In this document: piece after piece, positions 1 through 8,202 of the stretch | How the letters are laid out: every line of letters starts with the position of its first letter | Position numbering within the stretch: the first letter of the stretch is position 1 | Origin: Myxococcota bacterium | Lineage (GTDB): Bacteria > Myxococcota_A > UBA9160 > SZUA-336 | DNA: 64,000 nt | Direction: 5' to 3' | Assembly: GCA_965247115.1 (NCBI GenBank) | Contig: CBDFGR010000003.1 | Coordinates: forward strand, 2,560,001 to 2,624,000 | Notes under the pieces: generated by a model | Seen by the model: the letters and a program-made list of their open reading frames with translations, nothing else | Databases searched by the model: none | What the model was told of the DNA's origin: nothing | Program-made: the position numbers and the translations under genes

Positions 1-863
1 TCCAGAAGACCTACATCCCGGTGCCCCGTACCCATACCATTCCTTTTTCGCACGGCCTCGTTGGCCGGGACCCCGATGTTGTAGTAGCGGTAGTCGGTAA
101 AGGTTTCACCGGCAGGATAGCTCGATGTATTCAGCTGGTGGCAGTTGGTGCAATTGATCATACCCGACACAAAGAACAGCCGGCCCAGCTCTTCTTCTTT
201 TGTCAACGCATACTCACCCCGCAGATAGCGGTCATAACGGGAATCGAACGGCGCGAACTCCTCTGTTTTTTCAAATGCCTCGATACTCCGTGCGACCGCG
301 CGGTAAGCACGTTCCGTATCGTCGAAAACAGACTGCCCAAACAGGCTCCGAAATGAGGCGATGTAGCCAGGATTTTCCATGACCCGCGCGACGACGCTCG
401 CCGTGTCAGCCATTCCCATCTCGATGGGATTCACAAAAGGCTCCGCGGCCTGCGCCGCCAGGGTGGCTGCGCGGCCGTCATGGAACTGACCACCCAAATA
501 GATCCCTTCTTCGGCTTCTTCAAATTCGGGCGTTAGAACCGCATAGGTCAGGGTCGAGGCATTCCTGTCTCCTAGCGAACGGCCGTCATCACCCAGGGAA
601 ACCGCTGCGGCAACGCCATTGTCTCGACCATCGGTGAAGGCCAGCGCAGGGTCGTGACATGAAGCGCAGGACTGAGTGCGGTTATGAGACAGGCTGGTGT
701 CGAAAAAGAGCTGTCGTCCGAGTACCGCAAGCTCGCTTCGGTCCGGCGACGGCAAAATCGCTTCCGTCCCGCCGGCAGCCTGACTAACAGACCGGGCGCA
801 CAGCAGCACCACGACAATCCCCTCGGCAATCACCAGAAACCGCAGTGTTGACCGAAACGTCAT
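1..863 (-). CDS. Di-heme cytochrome c peroxidase (CcpA/MauG family), runs off the left edge
   Basis: Manual translation (absent from the ORF track): MTFRSTLRF...LFFDTSLSHNRTQSCASCHDP...GDRNASTL...GGQFHDGRA...NPIEMGM...NCTNCHQ; two CxxCH heme motifs. Confidence 0.9.
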   Translation of the reverse strand, partial: MTFRSTLRFLVIAEGIVVVLLCARSVSQAAGGTEAILPSPDRSELAVLGRQLFFDTSLSHNRTQSCASCHDPALAFTDGRDNGVAAAVSLGDDGRSLGDRNASTLTYAVLTPEFEEAEEGIYLGGQFHDGRAATLAAQAAEPFVNPIEMGMADTASVVARVMENPGYIASFRSLFGQSVFDDTERAYRAVARSIEAFEKTEEFAPFDSRYDRYLRGEYALTKEEELGRLFFVSGMINCTNCHQLNTSSYPAGETFTDYRYYNIGVPANEAVRKRNGMGTGHRDVGLL

Positions 864-883
864 AGACCGCTGACTTGCTCCCG

Positions 884-1342
884 CTAACGCGGATCCAGCC
901 GGAAGAGTATGTAGTCTTTGAGGAAATCGGGCCCCCACTCCACGCCTCCCCCGGCGATGACGCCGCGATACTTCTGGAGGTATGCTTCCCCGACTCGGGT
1001 TTTCGTCGCCAGGTCGGCGATGCGCGTGGCGCGGAGCACGAAGACATCGTCGCGGACCCGGAGATGCACGTCGGGCGCACTGGCGATATTGCGGACCCAG
1101 CCGGAGTCCTCTTCACCGCTGACCCAGAGCACGTCCGCCGCTTTCACGGCCCAGAGGTTCACCACCCGCGGCACGAGGCTAACCGTGCGCAGCTGAACCT
1201 CGTCCGGGATCTCGACCTCGTTCCAGGATGAGGGGGAGGCGACTTCCGTGCCACCCAGTCGAACGCCAGGCATTTGCCCGATCGGGCCGCACGCAGAGAG
1301 GACGAAGACAAGGGTCGTCGAGACGAGCGTCATGTACTTCAC
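884..1342 (-). CDS. Putative lipoprotein, DUF2255-like split-barrel protein
   Basis: Lipobox VLSAC; VNLWAV...WVRNIASAPDVHLRV...YLQKY pattern. Confidence 0.55.
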   Translation of the reverse strand: MKYMTLVSTTLVFVLSACGPIGQMPGVRLGGTEVASPSSWNEVEIPDEVQLRTVSLVPRVVNLWAVKAADVLWVSGEEDSGWVRNIASAPDVHLRVRDDVFVLRATRIADLATKTRVGEAYLQKYRGVIAGGGVEWGPDFLKDYILFRLDPR

Positions 1343-1558
1343 GTCGGAAGCCTACCGCATCACTCGGCTCATCTTGGCCGCCAGAGTGGCAGCGGACCGC
1401 CATAGGGTCAAGCACAGCCGTGATCGCGGAGGAAGCCGCCGTCACACATCCGGTCGGTGAGGTGGTGCATGAGCCAGGACGCGCGCTCGGGCCCGTAGTC
1501 GGCCTCGGTCTCGTAGACTGTGCGCATTCAAGCCAATCACTCGGACAAGGGGTGCTAT

Positions 1559-2407
1559 ATGGGACTCACGGATGAAGTAGCCATCGTCACGGGATCCACC
1601 AGAGGAATCGGCGCAGCGATTGCTGAAAAACTCGGGAGGGAAGGCGCGAAGGTCACGGTCACCGGTCGAAGTGAGGACTACGGGAACGCAGTCCTGTCGA
1701 CGATCCGCGACAACGGTGGCGACGCGATCTTCGTGCGGACCGATGTCACCCACGAGGAGGAGATCCGGGCAGCCATCGCTGCCACTGTCGCGACGTTCGG
1801 GAGACTTACCGTCCTGGTAAACAACGCCGCACCGACCGAGCTTACGGTTGGCCCCGAGGCCATCGATGGACGGGTCGAGCATCTCACGAATCAAGGCTGG
1901 GATATCCTTTTTACGGCTTGCCTCAAGAGTGCCTTTTGGGGCTGCAAGCACGCGATTCCGGAGATTGCCAAGGCCGGGGGCGGCTCGATCGTGAACATCG
2001 GGTCCACGGCCGCCATTCGGGGTGTAGACGGGCAGGGGATCTACTCGGCAGCCAAGGCCGCGATGCACGCGCTCACGCGGTCCGTAGCGGTTGAGAACGC
2101 GGATTCCTATATCCGCTGCAATTGCATCTTGCCGGGGTGGGTGCCGAACCTGGAACGGGGTGACTCCCGAGTGGACCGTGGCGCACTGGTACAAGATCCC
2201 GAGTTCGGCGCCGCCATGCGGTCGTTCCAACCGTGGCCCCGCTGGGGATACCCCGACGACGTTGCGAACGTCGTCGCCTTCTTCGCTTCGAGAGAAGCAG
2301 AATTCGTGACCGGCACCGTCTTGCCCGTTGACGGCGGCGCCATGTGCAGGATGCCCATTCCAAAGATGACCAGGGAGTACTTCGACGAGCTCGAGGACCC
2401 GGCATGA
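1559..2407 (+). CDS. SDR family oxidoreductase
   Basis: TGSTRGIG, NNA, YSAAK motifs; ATG at 1559 preferred to the track start at 1520. Confidence 0.93.
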   Translation: MGLTDEVAIVTGSTRGIGAAIAEKLGREGAKVTVTGRSEDYGNAVLSTIRDNGGDAIFVRTDVTHEEEIRAAIAATVATFGRLTVLVNNAAPTELTVGPEAIDGRVEHLTNQGWDILFTACLKSAFWGCKHAIPEIAKAGGGSIVNIGSTAAIRGVDGQGIYSAAKAAMHALTRSVAVENADSYIRCNCILPGWVPNLERGDSRVDRGALVQDPEFGAAMRSFQPWPRWGYPDDVANVVAFFASREAEFVTGTVLPVDGGAMCRMPIPKMTREYFDELEDPA

Positions 2408-2510
2408 GGTGTCGACGACGGGTCGCTCGGCGCGTGCAGACGAAGACCGCCGTCTCTTCGAGCGCATGTCGTGCTAGCTTCGGCGCGGCGCGAAGTCGGA
2501 CACGCGCTCC

Positions 2511-4061
2511 CTAACCCTGGTCCGCGAAGAGTTGCTCCAGATGTTCGGCGGTGAGCGGTTGGGTGAGCTTGGAGACCGACCAGGTGACCGCGACCGAGAC
2601 GATTTCGCCCATCGAGGCGCAGGACCACGGGTTCGGCGCTTCCGCCGCAAGCCAGGCCGCGACCGACTGCAAAGTACCGGGCCCGAACTGCTCGGGCTGA
2701 ATCAGGCCGGCGTGTGTGATGCCGAAGATGGCCGCACCGCTCACCAGGCCCCAGAGAGCGCCCGTGCGGGTGACACCGGACCAGAGCGCGCCCAGCACCA
2801 GGGGGCCGGCGAAGGCCGCCATCAGGCCGCCGTTCCCGATCCAGACGAGCAGGGCGATGTTTGTGTCCTGCAGGGCCCAGGCCAGAGCCGTGCAGAGCAG
2901 CATCACCACAACCGTGCTCACGCGGCTGAGCAGGAGCACGTGTCGGTCGACGACCGCATCCGCAAGGTTCTTGCGGAACCGCGGGACAATGGTACAGCGG
3001 TAGAGATCGTTCGCGATGATTTGCGAGGAGCTCACAACCAGCCCGTCGGCGGTCGACATGACCGCCGCCAGGATGCCCACGCCAATCAGTGCCGCAAACC
3101 AGCCCGGGAAGAGCTCGATGAACAGGGCGGGCAGGGCGAGGTTGCCGTTCGAAAGCTCCGGTCCCAGCACGCCGCGCGCCAGGATGCCGCCGACGCCCAG
3201 ACCCGCGATCATGAAACCCAGCAGCGAGGCAAAGATCACGAAGCGAATGCGATCGCGATCGTTCTGGAGAGCCCAAATCTTGTTGCCCAGATGCGGGAGC
3301 AGACCCAGTGGCAGGTGCGAGAGGACGATCGCGAGAATCGCCCACCACGAGTGGTAGAGCACGTACGTCGGATTGATCACGCGGACCAGATTCGGGTCCT
3401 GCTCCTTCAGGTTTTGCACCAGGCCGGGAAATCCGCCGTCCACGCCGTAGGCCACCGCGAAGAGCGCGATGGTGCCGATCGCCAGCACGACCATCACGGC
3501 GCCCTGAATCCCGTCGGTCAGGATGTCGGCGTGGGCGCCGCCGAGCACCACGTAGATCAGCAACACACCTCCGGTGATCAGCAACGCCCAGGCGGAGCTC
3601 AGGCCCAGCATCATCTCGAACATCACCAGGCCCGCGACCAGCTGGCCCGCCAGGTAGAAGAGCAGCAACAGCGAGAAGATCGACACCAGGATGCGGATCA
3701 GGTCGGAGTTGTAGCGCTCGCCGAGATATTCGGGGATCGAACGGCTGCCGTAGACGTGCCCGGCCCGGCGCACCAGCCGAATACAGATCAGGACACCCAG
3801 GTAGACACCGACCGGGTACAGCACGCTCGACCAGATCGCGGAGAGGCCGGCGGTGTAGGAGATGCCGGGGAGGCCCAGGAAGGTCGCCCCGCTCGCGACT
3901 GTCGCCGCGAACGCGAATGCCAGGAACAGCGGCCCGTAGCTGGAGCGAGCCGTCGCGAAATCGTCAGCGGTGCTGACGCGCCGCTGGCCCACGACGCCGA
4001 TTCCGACCATCAGGGAGATGTAGAGCAACAGAAAGGTCCAAGACCACCCGACGAGGTCCAC
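2511..4061 (-). CDS. Sodium:solute symporter (SSS; PanF/PutP-like)
   Basis: Many TM segments; ASGATFLGLPG, PEYLGERY, AAVMSTADG motifs. Confidence 0.92.
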   Translation of the reverse strand: MDLVGWSWTFLLLYISLMVGIGVVGQRRVSTADDFATARSSYGPLFLAFAFAATVASGATFLGLPGISYTAGLSAIWSSVLYPVGVYLGVLICIRLVRRAGHVYGSRSIPEYLGERYNSDLIRILVSIFSLLLLFYLAGQLVAGLVMFEMMLGLSSAWALLITGGVLLIYVVLGGAHADILTDGIQGAVMVVLAIGTIALFAVAYGVDGGFPGLVQNLKEQDPNLVRVINPTYVLYHSWWAILAIVLSHLPLGLLPHLGNKIWALQNDRDRIRFVIFASLLGFMIAGLGVGGILARGVLGPELSNGNLALPALFIELFPGWFAALIGVGILAAVMSTADGLVVSSSQIIANDLYRCTIVPRFRKNLADAVVDRHVLLLSRVSTVVVMLLCTALAWALQDTNIALLVWIGNGGLMAAFAGPLVLGALWSGVTRTGALWGLVSGAAIFGITHAGLIQPEQFGPGTLQSVAAWLAAEAPNPWSCASMGEIVSVAVTWSVSKLTQPLTAEHLEQLFADQG

Positions 4062-4453
4062 GCTTCCCCCTAGAGTCCGGTGAGCGCGCTATTCTATAAC
4101 AAACCGGGCGTTCCAGATGGGGGCCTCCTACGCCAATCTGCTTTCCCATCCGAACACGCCTGTCGTCCCCATCTAGGCACTTGGGACAGTACGGACCGCT
4201 CGATCAGGCTCAAGTCAACAGACGTTGTGATCCAGCGCCATGGCGCGCCCGGAGGTTCGTATTCTCCTCACGAAGGCGCGTGTTCTCGTCTGCGTGCTCT
4301 GCACCTGCCAGCGCGTCCTTGAAGTTTCAGAGGACCTTTGCTGTGTGCTTGATCGCATCGAGCCCACTCATCTCGTTTTGCCTTTCGCACACTCCTCGCA
4401 CACCCAACAGATGCTGGGGAGGAGAGGCGGCGCACCTAAGTGGTCGTAGTGCT

Positions 4454-4498
4454 TGGTGAGCGCGGCCGGGATCGAACCGGCGACCGGCGGATTAAGAG
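4454..4498 (-). pseudogene. 3' half of tRNA-Lys(CTT); attachment-site core
   Basis: Minus strand CTCTTAA-TCCGC-CGGTC-GCCGG TTCGATC CCGGC-CGCGCTC-A-CCA: anticodon loop, T-arm, acceptor 3' strand and CCA present; the 5' anticodon strand and D-arm are absent. Confidence 0.88.
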
Positions 4499-4579
4499 CG
4501 TGATCGATACTCCCGAGAGGGGCTCTACGCGGCGCTTAGAGCGTGACGATGGGGAATCAGGGTCCCCCAGAGACCCCCG

Positions 4580-4603
4580 AACGTCCACTTTAACGTCCAC
4601 TTT
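4580..4603. repeat. Tandem 12-bp direct repeat AACGTCCACTTT x2; putative integrase arm-type sites
   Basis: Exact copies at 4580-4591 and 4592-4603, ~80 bp inside the att core. Confidence 0.6.
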
Positions 4604-4660
4604 GGACGACAACGATGAGCAGCCAGCAGAGTCAGAGCCCGAGGGTCCATCGGAGGAGTG

Positions 4661-4756
4661 ATGGCCCGCTGCTACGCCCAGGATACTCAGCGCGGTCTCC
4701 CGATGGGTAAAAAGGAACTGATGACTGATTTAACAGAAGCAAGTTCAGGAGACTGA
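4661..4756 (+). CDS. 31-aa mini-ORF MARCYAQD...TDLTEASSGD
   Basis: GGAGGAG SD; TGATG overlap with the upstream frame; its stop abuts the GTG of the next gene. Confidence 0.4.
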   Translation: MARCYAQDTQRGLPMGKKELMTDLTEASSGD

Positions 4757-5749
4757 GTGCTGGTCCGTGGCGACGCTCGAGCGATTCCTCTGGCCGACCA
4801 GGTGGCCGACTGCGTCGTGACCAGCCCTCCGTACTGGGGCCTGCGGACCTACGAGCTCGACGGCCAGATCGGCCTCGAGGAGACGCCCGCTGAGTACCTC
4901 GAGGAGCTCCTGGCCGTGTTCCGGGAGGTACACCGCGTCCTGAAGCCAGAGGGGACGCTCTGGCTCAACCTGGGCGACTGCTACGTCTCTGCCCCGAGCA
5001 GTGGCCACGGCTGGGACAAGAGCACGCTGACGCAGCCGAAGAGCCGCGAGCGCAAGATCCAGCACGCGCAGAGGGACTCGCGGCTCGAGGGCCGGAAGCT
5101 CGAGGGCCTCAAGCCAAAGGACATGGTCGGGATGCCCTGGACGGTCGCGCTCGCGCTGCGCAACGAGGGTTGGTATCTGCGGCGGGACATCATCTGGCAC
5201 AAGCTATCGCCAATGCCCGAGGCAGTGAAAGATCGTCCAACGTCTGCGCACGAGTACCTGTTCCTGCTGGCCAAGTCTCGCCGCTACTACTACGACGCAG
5301 AGGCGATCAAAGAGCCAGCCGTCACCGCCGGCCGTGTGTCTCCCCGCCGGGTCAACCCAAAGGCCAAGGTTCCAGCTGGTTGGGACACGCGACCAGGTTC
5401 CCACCGTCACCTCACAGGGCGCTATCCGGCCCCAAAGCAGAACGCCGGAACTGCCGCGCGCATCGCCAACTCTGTCGAGACTCGAAGTGCGCGCACTGTC
5501 TGGAGCCTGGCCACAGAGCCCTACCACGGCGCGCACATGGCCGTCTTCCCCACCGAGCTCGCGAAGCGCTGCATCCTCGCGGGCTGTCCGGCCGGCGGGC
5601 TTGTGTTCGATCCATTCGTCGGATCGGGGACGACTGTGAAGGTCGCGATCGAGCTCGGCCGCCGAGGCCTCGGGATGGACCTCAAGCACGACTACCTGCA
5701 CGACCAGGCGCGGGAGCGGATCAAGACAACGGTGGGGATGGGGTGGTGA
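4757..5749 (+). CDS. Amino-DNA methyltransferase, beta class (N4-C/N6-A), phage type
   Basis: N-terminal TSPPY (motif IV), C-terminal DPFVGSGTT (motif I), HMAVFP. Confidence 0.93.
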   Translation: MLVRGDARAIPLADQVADCVVTSPPYWGLRTYELDGQIGLEETPAEYLEELLAVFREVHRVLKPEGTLWLNLGDCYVSAPSSGHGWDKSTLTQPKSRERKIQHAQRDSRLEGRKLEGLKPKDMVGMPWTVALALRNEGWYLRRDIIWHKLSPMPEAVKDRPTSAHEYLFLLAKSRRYYYDAEAIKEPAVTAGRVSPRRVNPKAKVPAGWDTRPGSHRHLTGRYPAPKQNAGTAARIANSVETRSARTVWSLATEPYHGAHMAVFPTELAKRCILAGCPAGGLVFDPFVGSGTTVKVAIELGRRGLGMDLKHDYLHDQARERIKTTVGMGW

Positions 5750-5783
5750 CGGTCATCCATCCCGGCGTTCCTGAGGAGGGAAA

Positions 5784-6107
5784 GTGAAGCGAACCTTGCT
5801 CGCCCTCGTGCTCGTCGCGTGCGGTCCGGATCTGCCAGAGCTTCCGGAGCCAGCACCCAAGAAGTTTGAGCTTACCAACGAGCGAAAGTGCGTCGCGATC
5901 CAGATGTGCGGGCGCCTCTGTGAGAAACGTAAGGGCATGGAGATGCTGGAGTTCCGTGGTGACATCGGCATCTCCTGGGCGTGTCACTGCAACGGCTACG
6001 GGCTGTTCCACTTCAAGGACCCCGAGCACATCATCTTTCCCGATGGCCTGACTGTCGCTGACTGTGCGCCGACGGGTGTCCACAGCGTGGGTCAGGAGGA
6101 GAAGTGA
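5784..6107 (+). CDS. Cys-rich putative lipoprotein
   Basis: Signal peptide with lipobox LVAC; strong SD GAGGAGGG. Confidence 0.7.
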   Translation: MKRTLLALVLVACGPDLPELPEPAPKKFELTNERKCVAIQMCGRLCEKRKGMEMLEFRGDIGISWACHCNGYGLFHFKDPEHIIFPDGLTVADCAPTGVHSVGQEEK

Positions 6108-6187
6108 TGACAGATCAGGAGCCCACACCGGAAGAGGCGCAATTGCAGACGGGCAGCCAACCCGTCGCAGGTGAGAGCGATGGCTGA
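6107..6187 (+). CDS. 26-aa mini-ORF MTDQEPTPEEAQLQTGSQPVAGESDG
   Basis: AGGAGG SD and TGATG coupling; spans two junction repeats. Confidence 0.4.
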   Translation: MTDQEPTPEEAQLQTGSQPVAGESDG

Positions 6188-6566
6188 GCCGCTGGATCTG
6201 GACGAGCTGGCAAAGGCTTACCGCTACTTCTGCCCCAAATGTGATTGCTATCACTGGAGCGGATGCGTCACCGACGAGATTATGGACAACCTTGTAGCCG
6301 AGTTGCAGAAGACGAGGCAGCTACTCCGCGCCGCCGCGGATCGACACTTGACCAACCAGCTCGCCGAGGCCCGCGAGGACACGGAGAGGCTGGACTGGCT
6401 GGAGCATGAGCACAGCTACGTCGGTGGCAATTATGGCGAACCTGCCTGGTCCTGCTGTCGTGACGAGCTTGGCAATCGTCAGCTTTTCCACGGTAGCAAC
6501 GCCCGCGAAGCCATCGACGCAGCAATGCAGGCGGGCATCCATCCCGTCGGTACGGAGGGAGATTGA
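6180..6566 (+). CDS. Phage hypothetical protein (CxxC; 'DTERLDWLE...REAIDAAM' motif)
   Basis: ORF track frame; motif typical of phage early proteins. Confidence 0.7.
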   Translation: MAEPLDLDELAKAYRYFCPKCDCYHWSGCVTDEIMDNLVAELQKTRQLLRAAADRHLTNQLAEAREDTERLDWLEHEHSYVGGNYGEPAWSCCRDELGNRQLFHGSNAREAIDAAMQAGIHPVGTEGD

Positions 6567-7708
6567 ACGGTGTGGCTCTATGTGCCGGGGTTGGAGGACT
6601 TGAGCTGGGACTCAAGCTTGCCCTCGGACCACGGTATCGCTGTGTGGGTTACTGCGAGCGGGACGCCTACGCAGCGGCCTGTCTCGTGGCGCGGATGGAA
6701 GACCAGGCCTTGGATCGCGCGCCTATCTGGGACGATCTTGCGACCTTCCCAAGCGGCCTCTTTAGCGGTGAGGTGGCTCTCATCTCTGCCGGTTTCCCAT
6801 GCCAGCCGTTCAGCGTGGCCGGGGACCAGCGGGGCGTAGACGATGACCGCTGGCTCTGGCCCGACATTGCCCGCATCGTTCGCGAGGTGGGACCCCGCTA
6901 CGTGTTCCTGGAGAACGTGTCAGGCCTCCTTGGTCACGGACTGGGACACATTCTCGGAGACCTGGCCGGGCTCGGGTTCGATGCGGAGTGGAGTGTGTTC
7001 AGTGCAGCCGGAAGCGGAGCACCGCACCTCAGGCGGCGCGTCTTCATCTTGGCCTACTCCCGGCGTGCCAAACGGGGGACGGACCATGAAGCCCGAGGAC
7101 ATTCTGGCGAAAGGAAAGACCGACAAGGGGAAGCGCCAAGTCGGGCTGGAAAATGCCGTCAGGATGTTCCCGACGCCCAGCGCCCAGACCTACGGGACGA
7201 ATCAGGGCGGCGGGATGGGCCGGGTGGGTCCGGTGCGCGAGAGCCTGGAGACGATGGCGCGGAACGGGAGATGGCCCACGCCGACCGCAGGCGACGCGAA
7301 GCAGAGCGGAGCGGCAGCGTACTCAACAGAGAGTGGGAGACACGCCGGAACGACCCTGACGGATGCGATCAGGATGTGGCCGACCCCGGCGGCGAGAGAC
7401 TGGAAGTCCGGTCGGTCAAATCTGATCGGGACGAATGCTCGACCGTTGAGCGAGGTGGTCTTGGTGTGGCCGACGCCCCGAGCAGCCGACAGCATCAAGG
7501 GGCGCAGGACCCCGGAGGGGGCGGCGAAGGAGCGGGCAAGAACGAACGGCCCGGATCTTCCGGCGATGGCTGGTGGCTCACTGAACCCGACATGGGTCGA
7601 GTGGCTGATGGGGTTCCCTCTCGGATGGACCGATTGCGCTGCCTCGGTAACGGAGTCGTACCGGCTGTGGCTGCGAGGGCATTCCGAGTGCTGAGCGCTC
7701 GTCTGTAA
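6563..7708 (+). CDS. C5-cytosine DNA methyltransferase, alpha polypeptide (motifs I-VIII and X)
   Basis: LCAGVGG (I), GFPCQPFS (IV), FLENV (VI), PHLRRRVF (VIII), RLRCLGNGVVP (X); no motif IX in this frame. Confidence 0.92.
   Translation: MNGVALCAGVGGLELGLKLALGPRYRCVGYCERDAYAAACLVARMEDQALDRAPIWDDLATFPSGLFSGEVALISAGFPCQPFSVAGDQRGVDDDRWLWPDIARIVREVGPRYVFLENVSGLLGHGLGHILGDLAGLGFDAEWSVFSAAGSGAPHLRRRVFILAYSRRAKRGTDHEARGHSGERKDRQGEAPSRAGKCRQDVPDAQRPDLRDESGRRDGPGGSGAREPGDDGAEREMAHADRRRREAERSGSVLNREWETRRNDPDGCDQDVADPGGERLEVRSVKSDRDECSTVERGGLGVADAPSSRQHQGAQDPGGGGEGAGKNERPGSSGDGWWLTEPDMGRVADGVPSRMDRLRCLGNGVVPAVAARAFRVLSARL
6843..7694 (+). CDS. Nested alternative-frame beta polypeptide of the C5-MTase (TRD-like repeats + motif IX)
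   Basis: Five (W/F)PTP repeats, then GSLNPTWVEWLMGFPLGWTD (motif IX-like); lies entirely within the alpha gene. Confidence 0.8.
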   Translation: MTAGSGPTLPASFARWDPATCSWRTCQASLVTDWDTFSETWPGSGSMRSGVCSVQPEAEHRTSGGASSSWPTPGVPNGGRTMKPEDILAKGKTDKGKRQVGLENAVRMFPTPSAQTYGTNQGGGMGRVGPVRESLETMARNGRWPTPTAGDAKQSGAAAYSTESGRHAGTTLTDAIRMWPTPAARDWKSGRSNLIGTNARPLSEVVLVWPTPRAADSIKGRRTPEGAAKERARTNGPDLPAMAGGSLNPTWVEWLMGFPLGWTDCAASVTESYRLWLRGHSEC

Positions 7709-7795
7709 AGGGTGCTGGAGCGGCTTCCCCGAGTATGCGTGCGGTCAGTGCCTGGAGGTGCCGACGGATAAGACACCCGTCAGTCAGGAGAAGCT

Positions 7796-7993
7796 ATAAG
7801 CAACGTTGTCAATCTAGATTCGCAGCGCCCGCACCTAGTGATCGACAGCTCCGGATTTGGTGGGTCAGTCCGCGTCTACCCGGTGGCCTACTTCGAGGAT
7901 CTCGTAGCAGGTAAGCCGGTTGAGCCCATCCCGGACGATGCTCTACGACAAATCATTGCTGAATGGCTGCTAAGCCGACAGGAATTCGAGTAA
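7796..7993 (+). pseudogene. Small phage gene whose start codon reads ATA: (M)SNVVNLDSQRPHLVID...LLSRQEFE
   Basis: Same leader as the gene at 8199 (CCGTCAGTCAGGAGAAGC) but ATA where ATG is expected; open 65-codon frame. Confidence 0.6.
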
Positions 7994-7995
7994 TA

Positions 7996-8202
7996 ATGGG
8001 ACTCTACGAGGATCTCGCACAGAGCCATCGTAGCTTACGGCGTGGCCAAGTCTGGTGCCGAACCTGCGGGGCTACCCGCAACGTCGATCCCGCAGAGTGT
8101 CTCGGCAAGGGTTGGCCGAAGTGTTGCGGCTACACAATGACGATCGACGCACCTGATGAGCGACCGACGGAGAAGACGACCGTCAGTCAGGAGAAGCCAT
8201 GA
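7996..8202 (+). CDS. Small zinc-ribbon-like phage protein
   Basis: VWCRTCG...GWPKCCGYTM; TAATAATG junction. Confidence 0.7.
   Translation: MGLYEDLAQSHRSLRRGQVWCRTCGATRNVDPAECLGKGWPKCCGYTMTIDAPDERPTEKTTVSQEKP

Noticed and set aside
4210..4372. Minus-strand gene remnant MSGLDAIKHTAKVL*NFKDALAG...
   Set aside because: Short, interrupted and without a recognisable motif; cannot be supported without a homology search.
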